A DNA stretch of 64,000 nucleotides from the NCBI GenBank assembly GCA_031835245.2, contig JAVKOQ020000057.1, positions 62,001 to 126,000 on the forward strand, read 5' to 3'. Position 1 is the stretch's first letter, and each line of letters starts with the position of its first letter. The DNA comes from Balamuthia mandrillaris (lineage: Eukaryota). A program made the translations under genes and the position numbers. Shown here piece after piece: positions 24,950-37,901 of the stretch. A model generated the notes under the pieces. That model was not told the origin of the DNA. It searched no databases and saw only the letters and a program-made list of their open reading frames with translations.

Positions 24950-25509
24950 ATGAGATGGGAGGTGGATTACCTGGTGATAGTGGACCTGGAAGCAACGTGC
25001 GACGAGACAGAGGTTGGGCAACCGCAAGTCACATCGCTGAACTCGGAAATTATCGAGTTTCCGTGGCTCCTCTACGACCTGGCCGCTCGTCGCGTTGTCG
25101 ATCAACAGCAGTTTTATGTGAAACCAAAAGTATGTAGCCTTTTTTTTTTTTTGGTGTTGTTGAAACGATGGCTTGTTGAAAAGGACTCACCCTTGTTGTT
25201 GTTGTTGTTGTTTGGTCACAAGTGGAACCCCACGTTGACTCCGTTTTGTACGCAATTGACGGGCATCACCAACGAAAGGCTGGCACATGCGCCTTCTTTG
25301 GAGGAAGTAGTGCAAAAGGTTTGCCCATATGCCCTCTTCCTTTCTTAGTGTCTCTGTCTCTGTCTCTGTCTCTCTGTCTCTGTCTCTGTCTCTGTCTCTG
25401 TCTCTGTCTCTGTCTCTGTCTCTGTCTCTGTCTCTGTCTCTCTCTGTCTCTGTCTCTCTGTCTCTGTCTCTGTCTCTGTCTCTGTCTCTGTCTCTTGTCT
25501 CTCTCTCTG

Positions 25510-25540
<31 letters not shown>

Positions 25541-26957
25541 GTCTCTCTCTCTGTTGTGGCTCTCTCTCTCTGTCTCTCTGTCTCTCTTTCACTTCCACTC
25601 ATGCATGACATATCAGTTCAACGACTACATGGAAGAGAAAGTGACGAGTAAAGGCAAGTCCTTTTGTTTGATGACAGATGGGACGTGGGACCTGCAGTGG
25701 ATGCTCTGTCGTGAGGCAAACGATAAGGACATCCCGCTTGCCTCTCACTTTAGAAGCTATTATGATATTCAGCTTGAGTTTAGCCGAGCACTGGTACTTC
25801 TGTTCTTCTATATTCTCTTCTTTCTTTTTTCTCCCTACTTGCTCTGCATTCACTTCTCTCATTCTCTCTCTCTCTCCTTCTTAGTGTTCTTCTTCTCTTG
25901 TTCTACTTCTTGTTCTTCTTGTTCTTGTGCTTGTTCTTGTTCTTCTTCTTCTTTTTCTTCTTCTTCTTTTTCCTCCTGTATTGCCATTTTGCTAATCACT
26001 TAGAAAACCAAGAACAGGGTCCATTTCATCCCCAACAAAGTTTTCATTTGAGGGACATTGTAACGAGAATAGGGGTTGAGTTGGCGGGACAACATCACTG
26101 TGGACTAGATGACTGCTATACGATAGCTCGCGTCTTAACTCGCTTGCTTGACAATGGACATTGTTTGGAGCAACCTATCGTACTCACTCTCATTCTCTCT
26201 CTTTGTTTCCTTCGCTCCTTTAGCTGTGAACTAACATTGCAACAGATAATCCCAGAAGACTGGAATCCACAACGAGACTTTATAGCGCACTGGGACTTTT
26301 CTTCACACGTCGATCCGCAGAAAATGCAAACCCCTGCTGACCTTCTCACCCTCTTCGCTTTGCCACCAGAACAAGTCTTACGTGTCTATCTCTTTGGCGC
26401 ACGAGCCTGGTCATCTTCTCCGCCACCACAAGAATTGTGGGACTTTGTCGTTGTTCTCTCCGACGAAACAATGGAAGGAATGAAAGAACAAAAGTTTCGC
26501 ATGAGGAAAATGAACGTCGTAGCTCAAGTATATTCCGAGTCGTTGTTTCAGCAAAAAGTTAAACAGCACAGCTTTCTTCCTGTTTGCTGCCTATTTTTAC
26601 CGCCACAACATGTTTGGTTAGATAGGTCTTCTTCTTCATCCTCACCACCTTTTTCCTTTGCACTAGAACCCAGAAGATTTCGAATAACGGCGATGGCATC
26701 TGCTTGGGAAGAATTAAAACACACAAAATATAGGTTTGCGTCCTTCTTGTCTACTTTCTTCTTCTTGCTCATGCTCCCTCTAACTGACGTATCTAAGATG
26801 GGAGAAAGGAGAAATGACAGGAGCAGTAAAGTCAATGGAAAAAGGTCTTCGTTGTCTTATCTCCGCTTTCGAAATCATTCGATATGGTTACATCCCCAAC
26901 TTCGAACAAGGCTTATCCGCGTCCATCTTTCTGTTCCCATCCAAAAAGGGATTCACC

Positions 26958-26988
<31 letters not shown>

Positions 26989-29705
26989 CTTCTTCTTCTT
27001 CTTCTTCTTCTTCTTCTTCTTCTTCTTCTTCGTGTTCTACTTCTTGTTCTTCTTGTTCTTCTTCTTCTTGTTCTTCGTCTTCTTCTTCTTCTTGTTCTTC
27101 TTCTTGTTCTTCTTCTTCTTCTTTGGCTCAACCAGAAGGGACAATTACATTATCAGAGAATGAACTGGCACAAGTTAAAGAAAGGTTGGAGCAATTAGTC
27201 CTCGAAGCTCGCAACTGGAGAGAGCAGCAAGGCATGCTTCCTGTAATGCGAAACGACGCCACAGAGAAATGTAAACAAGAGAGCCCAACTCAAGAAATCA
27301 ACACCCTCAGTCGAGAAGAGCGAAGAGAACAACGTCGACAGCAAACCACACCGAAGAACAAGTTGACTATTAAGACTCAACAAGGTGGATCAAAGAAGAG
27401 AGCAAAACAAGATCCTCATCCATTTGGCTGGCCTGTCTTTGAAGCGAAATACAAAAGTTTCTATCGCAAGCTCGAAACGGCACTCAAGGTTATCGTCTCT
27501 GATGAAAAGGCACTTTTCATGGCTGCTATTGATAGGTATTATATTTCATTCCTCTCCGCAGTTTTTTGTCCTTGCTTAGACTAACAACCGAAAATAGAAG
27601 TTGTTCTCCAATTGAGCAACTGCAACAGGCGTTATCAATGCGAGACCATCCTCTCGCTGAACGTCACCGCAAGAATCACCACGTTCGATGGATAGAAGAA
27701 GGTCCTGAACTCCTTTTGCGAGTGCTTTCTATACGATCAACATGGAGTTATCTCAAACCAACGAAGGATGAGGAGGAAGAAGAAGGAGGTGATGTCGCTC
27801 TCCTTCATCTCAGTTGTGATCACAACTTATCACCAAAGAATGTTCCGTTTGTGGCACTTTGTAATGGAATTGTTTTTCGCAAAGGTTTGTTTTTCTTACT
27901 TCCGTTCTTCTCTGCTTTCTTGAAACGTTTTCTAACTTTAGCCATTGTTGATAAACAGATGACGAAAGATGGAGAGTGGTATGTTATCCACCAGCATACA
28001 TATGTAACGAGGGATCGCCGTTCGCGCCCACTCTCGATTGGGTCACCACTCACGCTTATCCTCATCTTCAAGGCTATCGTTTTACTTGTTCGTTTCTTCT
28101 TCCCCCCTATACTTTATCTTTCTTGTATTTACTCTACTTTTTCTTCCTCTTCTTTGTCTCCCTCTTTTTCCTTCTTCTTCTTTCAGTATTTAATATTTCA
28201 GGTAGATGGCATTTATCGAGCTCTTCAACTGCAACAGCTGAAGAGCAGATTCGTTATTTCACGATAGATAAACAGACAACACAAGAATGTTCCCTACAAT
28301 CGCTATTTTGGCAAGTTTGGCAACAAATGAACTTACGTTTACCTTCCCCAGACGAGATGGTGGAGTACTGCTATTCCTTTGAACTCTTATTATTTGGTGG
28401 AATGAACACTACCTCATCTTCCAAGCATGTAATTCAAGTTTGTGATTCTGGAAAGCATATCTTTAACGATCGCCAGCATTGTCACTCATCCTCTTCGTTA
28501 CCATTTTCATCATTTGCGAGTGTGTTGGACCTTCCGTCTGTTTGTCATGAAATATGGAACAAAAGAAACGACGGCGCATTAGGAACCTTATTGTTGATTT
28601 CTGTTTGTGATTTGGCAACTTTGGAAGAGGTTCCTTTTGAGGTGCGTTCTCTCTCATCCCTGTTTGCTATTTCATTTTGAAAGTCTTTCCCTCTTTTTCG
28701 TTCATTTTCCTTTGTTATCAGAACATTGGGAAACAAATGGAATGGCCGACACTCCCTTCATTCTCAATAATGGACACTTTGAATGAAGACAAAACTGGCG
28801 CGACGATAAGCAATGTCAACGTATACAGAGCAATCCAACGAGTCTGTTCTTTCATTTCTCCTCTTGTTGCCAAGGTCATCATTCTTTCTTTATTTCTTTT
28901 TTGCTTTCTACTTTGTAGTTTTTATTTTAAAATCTCTTCAAAACAGGGTTTCATTTTGATGGATAATAACTTCAACCGCATTAAGATTCGGTCGAACCAG
29001 TACAAAGCGCTTTGTCAGTTGCTCCAAAGTTATGCCAACAAAAGAAAGGAAGGATGGAGGAAATGGGCTGATGAAGAGGACACCAAAGCTGTCATGGAAC
29101 TTGTTCGCAATGCTGATTCTTCTCTGATTGATTCTGTAAGTTTGTTTCTTTGCTTATTTCTATTTTCTCTTATCTTCTCCTGTCTCTCTCTTTCTCGCTC
29201 ATCCCTTTCCTTATTTTTTAACAACTTGTTTCTGTTTTTCGTTTGACTGATGTCGTTTGCTGAATTTTGTTTGTATGTTGAATGCGTTAAGACGATGATA
29301 GAAAACGAATTCTCGGTGTTGAGACCATTCTACGAACATGTAAAGCAACATTACGAGAACATATGCACAAAGTTGCAACAACTATACGACCATTATTCTT
29401 CATTGGCCGAGGCAACCAAAAATCCGAATCCAAAGAAAGAGTTTGTTCTCTTATTGAAACAGCACAAAGTGAACAGTGCCGATGCTAAGATATTGCTGGG
29501 TAAGTGCTTTACCTCTCTTTGTTATAGTTTCAGTTTGTATGTTGGCCAATGTTCAACACCGCTGGAGAGAATAGGAGTGAAAGGAGGATTGTTTGAGGAC
29601 AGTGTGAAGCTCTATTTCGCATTCGATGCTAAGGCAGCACATGACAAACTCTTTCCTTTGCTGATGTCTTCCATGCCGCCTTTTGTGCTATCTAAACGAG
29701 CGTAG
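24950..29705 (+). CDS. ERI1-type DEDDh 3'-5' exonuclease fused to degenerate nucleotidyltransferase-like and RNA ligase (Rnl1)-like domains (multi-exon)
   Basis: [42 protein letters not shown] (ERI1); [10 protein letters not shown]...WDFVVV (Pol-beta NTase-like); CNGIVF, LDW...[36 protein letters not shown] (Rnl1-like). The single-gene model rests on plausible GT-AG introns. Confidence 0.7.
25350..25590. repeat. (TCTCTG)n intronic microsatellite
   Basis: Directly visible. Confidence 0.9.
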
Positions 29706-30508
29706 ACTACACAGAAAGAGAGTTACTTTTTTTTTAACCTGAATTCATTCTTCATTATAATAAACAGAAGCGAAGAAGAAAGAAATGAATGCAAACTGTG
29801 CTGGGATGATTCACCCTATGAACTGGCGCCACTTTTTCCTCCAACACTTTGGCGAGGTTCGCTTCGCGGTGAACTGCGTGAAGCTGCCCGCGATGCCTCT
29901 GCCGCCTCCTCCCTTCGTCATGGCTTTCAACACCTGCGCAAACACCGGCCATGAGCTCACCATCGTAAGGTCTGATATCCTGCGCATGCCTTCACTAGGC
30001 CCAGGCCTTCACGGTTCTTACCAGTGGATTTGTTCCATATTAGTCCGCTATTTAGCCAAATGTGACCAAATATGGAGGTTTTTCCGATTCAATTTCTTAA
30101 TGAATGAATTGTGCTCTAAATGGTGAAAATTAATTGAGAACTAATTACCCGATGCCAATGAAACCAAATGGATAGAATTTAGGAAGGGAGCTTTTTTTTT
30201 GGGGTGCTTGACAAACCGGACAGCTGTCTCTTTTGGGGAAGAGAGATACCGGCAAAGCGGTGCGCTGCTGTCTATCTAAAATATTCCTGGGCCACCCGCC
30301 AACACACCCACAGACAAAAAACGGGCGCCAAAGGGGTGTGTGGAGGGCATTTTCTTCGAAGTTTAAAAAAAAATATAGTTGAGAAATTAACAAAAAAAAA
30401 AATAGTGTCACAGAGAGAGAGAGAAACGCACACGCGCCCACTACTCTTTTTTTTTATTATCTAAACGCTTCTTCTCTTCTCCTCTCCCAATAACACGCAC
30501 ACGCACAC

Positions 30509-33500
30509 ATGGCTGCCACCTCTTCTTCTTCTTCTTCGTCTGCTGCCGCTACGTCGGCCTCTTCGTCCTCGGCCGAGGACGAGGAGGTGGCCATGATGGA
30601 AGAGGGGAGCAACTCCCCCAAAGCCGCGCACCACCAGGAGGAGGAGGAGGAACTCCGGGCGCTCACCGCTACGCCGGCCTCCTCCTCTTCCGCCTCCGCC
30701 TCCTCCTCCACCTCCAAGAAGCAGAAGCCCAAAAAGCTGAAACTTGGCACCAGCGCTGCCAACAACTACCATGCCGTCACCGGCACGAAGCCTTTGCTAC
30801 TCGACTTGCAGCCCGAGTACGAACCTGAGTCAAACTATGGTACGTTTATTTCTTTTTTTTTGTTGTTGTTGCAAAATCATTTTCATGGGATTCTTTTTTC
30901 TGATCCCTTTTTTTCTAAAATATTTTTTTTATTCTTTTTTTATTCTTTATGTTTTTAACAAAAAAATATAGAGACAAAAAAGTTTTTGTGTTGCAAAATG
31001 AAGAAAAAGAAGAAGGAGGCGAAGAAGAGCGTGTCGCTGTTCGAGATCTACATGCTGTTGCCTTCCATGCTGCCCGTTCTGGTGCTTGGCCTCGTTGCCT
31101 CTGTTCTCAACGGCGGAATGTTGCCGGCTTTTGCCATTGTTTTTGGCGAGCTCTTTAATGCGTTTGTTCTCTCTCTCTCTCTCACTTCTCCAGTCCTAAT
31201 GTTGGCCTTTATTTATTTAGGTTTGGAGATGAAACCGACGAGATCAGAGATCAGTCCCAATTGGTTGCTATCATCTTTGTGGGTCCGTGTTTTCTCCTTT
31301 GCTCTTTCTTTCATTATGTTCTTATTCCGTTACACAAAAAATATTTAATTTAAAAACAAAACAGCAATTGGGGTTGGTTCTTTCATCTGTTATTACATAT
31401 CGTTGGCATGCATGGAACTCGTATCGGAGAAGATCACTCGCAAGCTCCGCATCATGCTCTTCGACAGCCTCATGCACAAAGATGTGGCGTTCTTCGACCG
31501 ACATCAAACAGGAGAGCTGACTGCAAAACTGACAGGTGAGATAGTCATCGTGCAAGGAGGCGTAGGACACAAAGTTGGAAAGATCGTCACCAGCTGGTCT
31601 CAGCTTGTCGCGGGCATTGCCATTGCTTTCGTGTATGGATGGAAGTTGACGCTGGTGTTGCTCGCTTTGTCTCCAGTGATGATTTTGAGTGGAACATTGC
31701 AAGCTGTATTCTTGAAAAGAAGTTCAAAGAGCGGTCAAAAGGCTTTCGCTTTGGTATTTACACCTTTCTTTTTTGTTTGTTGGTTTGTTTGTGTTTCTTG
31801 GTTTATTTTGTTCTTACATCATATCTCTTCAAGTCTACTAACATAGCTGAAGAATCATTGGCCGGTTTTCGAACTGTTACTTCTTTCGTAATGGAAAACT
31901 CCATCGTTGCAACGTTCGTGTTTCTTTCTTGTCGTCTTTGTTTCTTCTGTTCTTGTTGTTCTTACCCTTTTTCCAGTTATGATAAAAGCTTGGAAAAGCC
32001 AACCAAACTGGGCATCCAACGCGCTCATCTTATGGGCTTGGGCGTAGGCTTCGCCTTCTTCAACATCTTTGCCACCTACGCCCTGGGCTTCTGGTACGGT
32101 GGCAATCTGGTGGCAGATGACGAGATGGACCCCGGAGATTTGCTCACCGTCTTCTTCTCCATCGTCATCGGTTCCATGGGCTTGGGAGAAGCTGGCCAGG
32201 CCATGCCAGATATCACCAAGGGAAGAGCGGCTGCAACCACTATCTTTGACATCATTTTGGAGGACACCAAGATCAACCCCAACTTTGGAACGGGCATTCG
32301 CTTGCCAGAAGGAGAGAAGTTGAAGGGCAAGATCGAGTTGAGCCACGTGAAGTTCGCCTATCCGGCTCGTCCTGATACAATGGTGTTTCAGGATTTGAGC
32401 TTGAAGATTGACGCAGGAGAGCACCTAGCGTTGGTGGGACCTTCTGGCAGCGGAAAGAGCTCTGTTGTGAGTTTGGTCAGTCGGTTTTATGATGTGTCTG
32501 GTGGAGTGTTGATGATTGACGATCGACCCATCACCGACTATGATCTTTATTGGCTTAGGTTCCCTCTCCCTCCCTCTCTTGCTCTCTTGCTCTCTTGCTC
32601 TCTTGCTCTCTTGCTCTCTTGCTCTCTTGCTCTCTTGCTCTCTTGCTCTCTTGCTCTCTTGCTCTCTCTCTCTCTCTCTTGCTGTTGTTGTTGTTCTTCT
32701 TATCCTTCTTCTCCTCTTCTTCTTCTTCTTCTCCATCATTTTCTATTTCTTTATTTAGTTTTGTTTCATCTTCTGCATTACTGAATTTTTTTTAAAAAAA
32801 AAACAATAACAGACACCAAATAGGTTTGGTCTCGCAAGAGCCGATCCTCTTCTCTTGCAGCATCGAAGAGAACATCCGTTTTGGCAAACCCGACGCCACC
32901 TCCGAGGAAGTCATCGAGGCTGCCAAAGCAGCGAATGCTCACAACTTTATCTCTCAATTGCCGGAGGGTTATTCCACCAAAACGGGAGAAAGAGGATGTC
33001 AGTTGAGCGGAGGACAGAAGCAAAGAATTGCCATCGCAAGAGCCATCCTCAAAGACCCGTCCATCTTGTTGTTGGATGAAGCCACCTCTGCTTTGGATAC
33101 GGAGAGCGAGAGTTTGGTGCAGGAGGCTCTTGATAAGCTCATGCAAGGCCGAACTTCAATCAGCGGTTTGTATTATTTTTTCTTACTTCTCCCTCTCTAT
33201 TCCGTCATTTTCCTTCTCGTTCTCCCTCCTATTTTGCGTCGCTTCCTTTCTCTTTTCTCCGTGGAGACCAACCTTTGTTACAAATAAAAATAGTGGCGCA
33301 CCGATTGGCAACCGTGCGAGACGCAGATTGCATCGCAGTCATGCAGAAAGGAAAGATCGTGGAGAAAGGCACTCATGAGGAGCTGCTGGCCGAGTCCTTG
33401 ATCTACAACAAGCTGGTGCATCGCCAGCTGGAAGGAGAGGAGAGGTCGAGAGCCCAAACGATGTTGCAGGCGGTGGACGAGACTCTGTTGCTCGCTGACA

Positions 33501-33625
33501 GCGCGACCCGCCAGGAGAATAAGCGCCAAGGAAAGGAACGCATCAATGCCGAGCACTCCAACAGCAGCAGTTCTTCGTCGGAAGAGGAGGACGAAGAGGA
33601 AGAAAGCGAAGCCACCGCCGATTAA
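30509..33625 (+). CDS. ABCB (MDR/P-glycoprotein-like) half transporter, one TMD and one NBD (multi-exon)
   Basis: [26 protein letters not shown], Walker [37 protein letters not shown]. Confidence 0.93.
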
Positions 33626-33846
33626 CTTCTTTTTTTTCCTTTTTATTTTTAAATGTAATCCATTTAACCGTCTCACCACTTGCCGACGACTCCAGCGTGC
33701 CTCCTCCACTGGGTAGGCGGCAGAAAGATTAAAAAAAAACCAGTGCAAGTGAAAAGTTTTATTTTTATCTTGTGCACGTTGATATAACAATGCCCACAGA
33801 GAAAATGGTTCGTGCGCTTTGTTGGCGTGTCTCGTTGCCTACCGGG

Positions 33847-35047
33847 CTACTGCAAAGTGCAACGACACGTTTTCCCTTTCTTCTTTGTTTCCACCGCCCT
33901 GTTTTCACGCCTTTCCCTCTCTGTAATTTGCGGGGCCGACTGTCGTGCTTGAAGAACGGGCAAAGCGGCGGTCTGGAACACCAGGTCGACATTTTCGCCA
34001 GTGGTGTGGCAGCACTTCAACCAGCCAACGGCTCCCATTCTTCGACAGGACCTCAAGTTAGCATACCACCGTCCCCATTTGAACCAATACAAAAACAAAC
34101 CTGTTGGCGATCTCCTTTGCATCTTCATCACAGGCAGGTCTCTGGAAGGTATTTCTATTCCTTTCGTTGTCCTCGGTGCCGACCAACACCACCAAGGCAT
34201 TTGGGTGGGCCTCTTTTATGTCTCTGTGCCAAATGTGGGATGCTTTCTTCAACGTATAGCAGTCATGGGTACTGTAGAGCATTATGAAGACGTCGGCGGG
34301 AGGCGTTTGAAAGCTGCCGAAGTCCCTTTGTGTGTCATAAAAATAGTTTTGAGAGGTTAGATAAGGCAAGAAGACAGAAGCACCGATGAAAGGGCCCGGA
34401 AGAAAGGAGTACTCACCCAAAGTTATGGAAGATACGCAAAAGAACGTCTCCTTCGAAACGCACATGATACGGAACATCACAGAGATGCTGGTGCTCGAGA
34501 GTCTGACGGCGAGCGAAGACATGAGAAAGCTGTCGAATGTCGTTGCTCATAACACCAACTACGGCGATGTTAACCCAGTTGAAATCGCTGAAGGTGGAAA
34601 ACGCGAGCCTCAGTTCAGCTCTCCCGGCTTTCAACACGGCTCTCTTAGCTTTCTCATGCTTACTACATAATTTTAAAAGATAGGGTGAGGGGTTTACGGA
34701 AGAAAAACAAGAAGAAGCAAAAAGTACATTTTGAGGATAAGGGATTTGAGATTCGCGTACGAACTTTCCCCAGCTACCCTTATCGAAGATGAAGATTGGA
34801 CAAGGCAGTACAGCGAGTGCCATAGTTGGTCAGTGGCGGCAACTCTGTTCCAATTCTTCAAGTCATTTGTTTTGTAAATTAGAAGAGTGACAGAGTTCAG
34901 AAGGAAACAGGTGTCCGGCAACCAGAACAATGGTTACCCAACAAACAGACCAACGGAGTACAGATCCTTTCCAGTCGTGAGGTGCTGGAAAACCTTCAAA
35001 ATGATCTCATCAGCAGTTTCCCCCCACCCAGCTTGCATTGTTGCCAT
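33847..35047 (-). CDS. F-box + degenerate Rho/Rac-like GTPase domain with C-terminal CaaX (multi-exon)
   Basis: DEIILKVFQHL...WNRVAATDQLW (F-box); NIAVVG, ADVFIMLYS, IWHRDIKEAHPNALVVLVGTED, MGAVGWLKCC..TGENVDLVF; KKKGKTCRCTLQ then stop. Confidence 0.65.
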
Positions 35048-35460
35048 GTTTGGTCTACTCTTTTTTCCTTCCTTTGCTTTTTTTTTTATTTTTTTTCTGC
35101 TACTTCGGTTTAAGTTTGCTGTTGCTCGCTGTTTGACGAAGAGACGTTTGAAATTTCAATTAATGGGTTTTCCCGCCTTTTTTTTTTTGTTGACCAAACC
35201 GTTATTTTTGTCGACGCTTTCTGAAGGTTGGACCCTCAAACATAGTAGTTTTCCCGGGTCGACACGTTTATCCTGAGCCTTGTTGGACAAACTTTGATTT
35301 CAGATTTTCCGTCGTCGCAGCGCAGGCTGCCAGGCTTACGTCATGCTTTCAGCCTGATTTTGCAGGTCTCGAATGACGTCATTCAAGGAACATAACTTCA
35401 GGTACACACAACAAGCGACTCGTTGTTCGCTGTACATGTCTTTCTTTATTGCTCGCTGTT

Positions 35461-37651
35461 TTAAAAGTTGAATCGTTCGGTATGCAGATGATGACGAGGG
35501 AAGTCTTCATCCGCCAACATCTCTTCCACCGACTGCATAAAGGCTTCCGGTCCGCAAAGAAACACATCCAGCTCTTTCTGCTCCGAACAAACTCTCAGCA
35601 ACTCTTCCTTTGTCAGTCTTCCTCCTCGTCGGACGTTCCATCTCTCTTCTTTTTCCTCTTCTCCGGCTTCTCGTGTGATGTAGACAAACACTCGCAAAAA
35701 TGGCAGCTGTTGCGTCGCGTGTTTCAGCTCCTCCTCGAAGATAACATCTCTCGAAGTAGAAATTGAATACACCAGTCGCACGTCCAGCTTTTCTTCTTCT
35801 TCTTTCCTCAACGGATGATACACCATTCCTCTCAGCATTGACATGAAAGGAGTAATGCCAACCCCGCCTGCTATCATCACCACATTGTTCGTTCTTCTCT
35901 GATGCTCCAAAGTGAACTCACCTCCAATGCTCAAGAGTCGAACGAAAAAAGAGGAGCCCTCTTTCACTCGGTCATGCAGCCAGTTGGATACCAGCCCTCC
36001 TTCCTTCCGTTTCACCGTGACGCTGATGCTATAGTCCGATACCGTTTTTGGGGCGGAGGCAATCGTCCACGTTCTTACGACCGTTTTCGTTTCGTTCGTC
36101 CTCTCCCCTTCATGTTGGCTAAGGTCCAACTCGAAAGTGGCGTATTGGCCTGCCTTTTGGTTTGTGGTAAGAGCGATGCCTCCGTTGAAGGTGAACGTCA
36201 AGGTATCCAACGTCTCTTGAGCGACAGCGATGCAATTCAGCCTGTACCCTTCCTTCATCCCTGTCACTGGATTGACGCCCTCTTCCATCCGCAACTCTGG
36301 CAGGAAGGGAGAGTTCTCCATAAACCTCCAACGAAAAGGAACTGCTTCACGCGTCAATCGCACCGCCTTCACTTCTACGCGAACCATCCGCTGTGCTCCG
36401 GGCAAACTGTTCTTGTCCTCCATCAACACTTTGGCCTCTCCTTTCACTTGCAGCACATCCCCACTCTCAAAGTCCAAGAAGAGCAGGCCGCACTTGGGGT
36501 TTTTCCAAAGGTTGCCCAGAGTGTTGAAGAAGAAGTTGCCAACGTAGTCCGGAAAGAGGAGAAAAGTATGTCCTTCCTGCTCCAAAATTTGAACGAAACC
36601 TGGCTTGCCTCCTCTGTGGGAGACGTCAACACCATGAGAGGGACGGGTTGGGTCTTCGAACAAGGAGGACGCAATGAAGAAGGTGTCCGCGTTGGCGATG
36701 ATGGCTCGTTGTTCGTTGTTGAGGCGGTCTCCCAGATAAACTTCACATTCTTGTCCGATGGCGGCAAGCGCTTCCTCTGAGAATTCTATTTGGCGAGCTT
36801 GGATGTACTATGGGGTAAAAAGGGAGCGGTGAGGTTAAAACGGAAACCAAAGTGCGGGGAAGGTATGAGGAGAAAGATGGGTGAGACAGAGAAGAAGAAG
36901 AAGAGGAAGAAGGAGAAGAACAAGAAGAACAAGAACAAGAACAAGAGGAAACACAGCAATAACAAGAAGAATGAGAACACGTGGAGAAACAAAACAAAAA
37001 TAAAAAGAAGAAGAGTAGCTCAGTTGAAACGTACTTTCGGACAATTGCCAAAGCTAAGATCGACTTCAAATAAAAAGCTGCCATTGCCTTCTTCGTCCAA
37101 GTGGACCTCTTTCACCCTGCCGTTTGCTCTGTTCCTTCTTCGCGTGTGAAACTGGATGCCAAGCAATCCCAACGGTGCTCCTTGCTTCAAGTTTTGCCTC
37201 AAAGGATCTTTCCACAACAGAAATGATGCAGAAGAAGAAGAAGAAGAAGAAGAAGAAGAAGAAGAAGAAGAAGAAGAAGAAAAGAGCAGTGTGGTGTCGG
37301 TAGGAGAAGAGATGAAGCCTGGTCTGCCAAACACGAGAGAGGCCCATGGCCAGCCTTCCTCGTCTAAGCTGCCGACCGCCATGAAGGGCTGCTCGTTGAA
37401 GAACTGTCGATGCTGCATGGGCATAAACGAGCGCAATATCCTGCTCCCCAGCTATATATTTTTTTTTAAAAAAAGCATTAAAATAACGTTTCGTGATATG
37501 TAACGAAAATGAAAGGAGAGAGAAAGCAACAAAAAAAAAAACGAACCTCTTGGTTGACGGGGACCAAAGCAGGGTCCACCAGCCGCATGACCTCCTTCTC
37601 GCCTTCGTTCCATACATCCCTGTCCCCAGGCGCCACAAGACCGGTGGCCAT
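35461..37651 (-). CDS. Pyridoxamine-5'-phosphate oxidase-like (FMN split barrel) + FAD/NAD-binding ferredoxin-reductase-type oxidoreductase
   Basis: WNEGE, RSFMPMQHRQFF, GWPWAS, RRRNRANG, SFGNCPK, DVSHRGGKPGFV, PDYVGNFFFNTLGN, RTWTIASAP, IAGGVGITP, CGPEAFM, ERFNF. Confidence 0.9.
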
Positions 37652-37901
37652 GGCTCTGTTTTTTTTTTTTATTATTATTTTAAAAAAATAATTTTTATTG
37701 TAATTTTTGAATAATTTATTTTGTTTGGGGAAATTGGGACATTTAATGTCTATTAGGATGACGCCATTCCGGAGAATGAAATATGCCCCCATTGGCTCGC
37801 TTTTTCTCCGATTCCGTTGACACCTATTAGGTTGGAGCTCATCTGCGCGCGTCTGTTCAATTTTTATCAACAAAAATAAACAAATACAATAAATAAACTC
37901 T

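Noticed and set aside
29755..30126. GC-rich coding-like patch
   Set aside because: Short, with no recognisable motif on either strand; at most a gene fragment.
35371..35384. GAATGACGTCATTC palindrome (CRE-like)
   Set aside because: Single occurrence with no further support.
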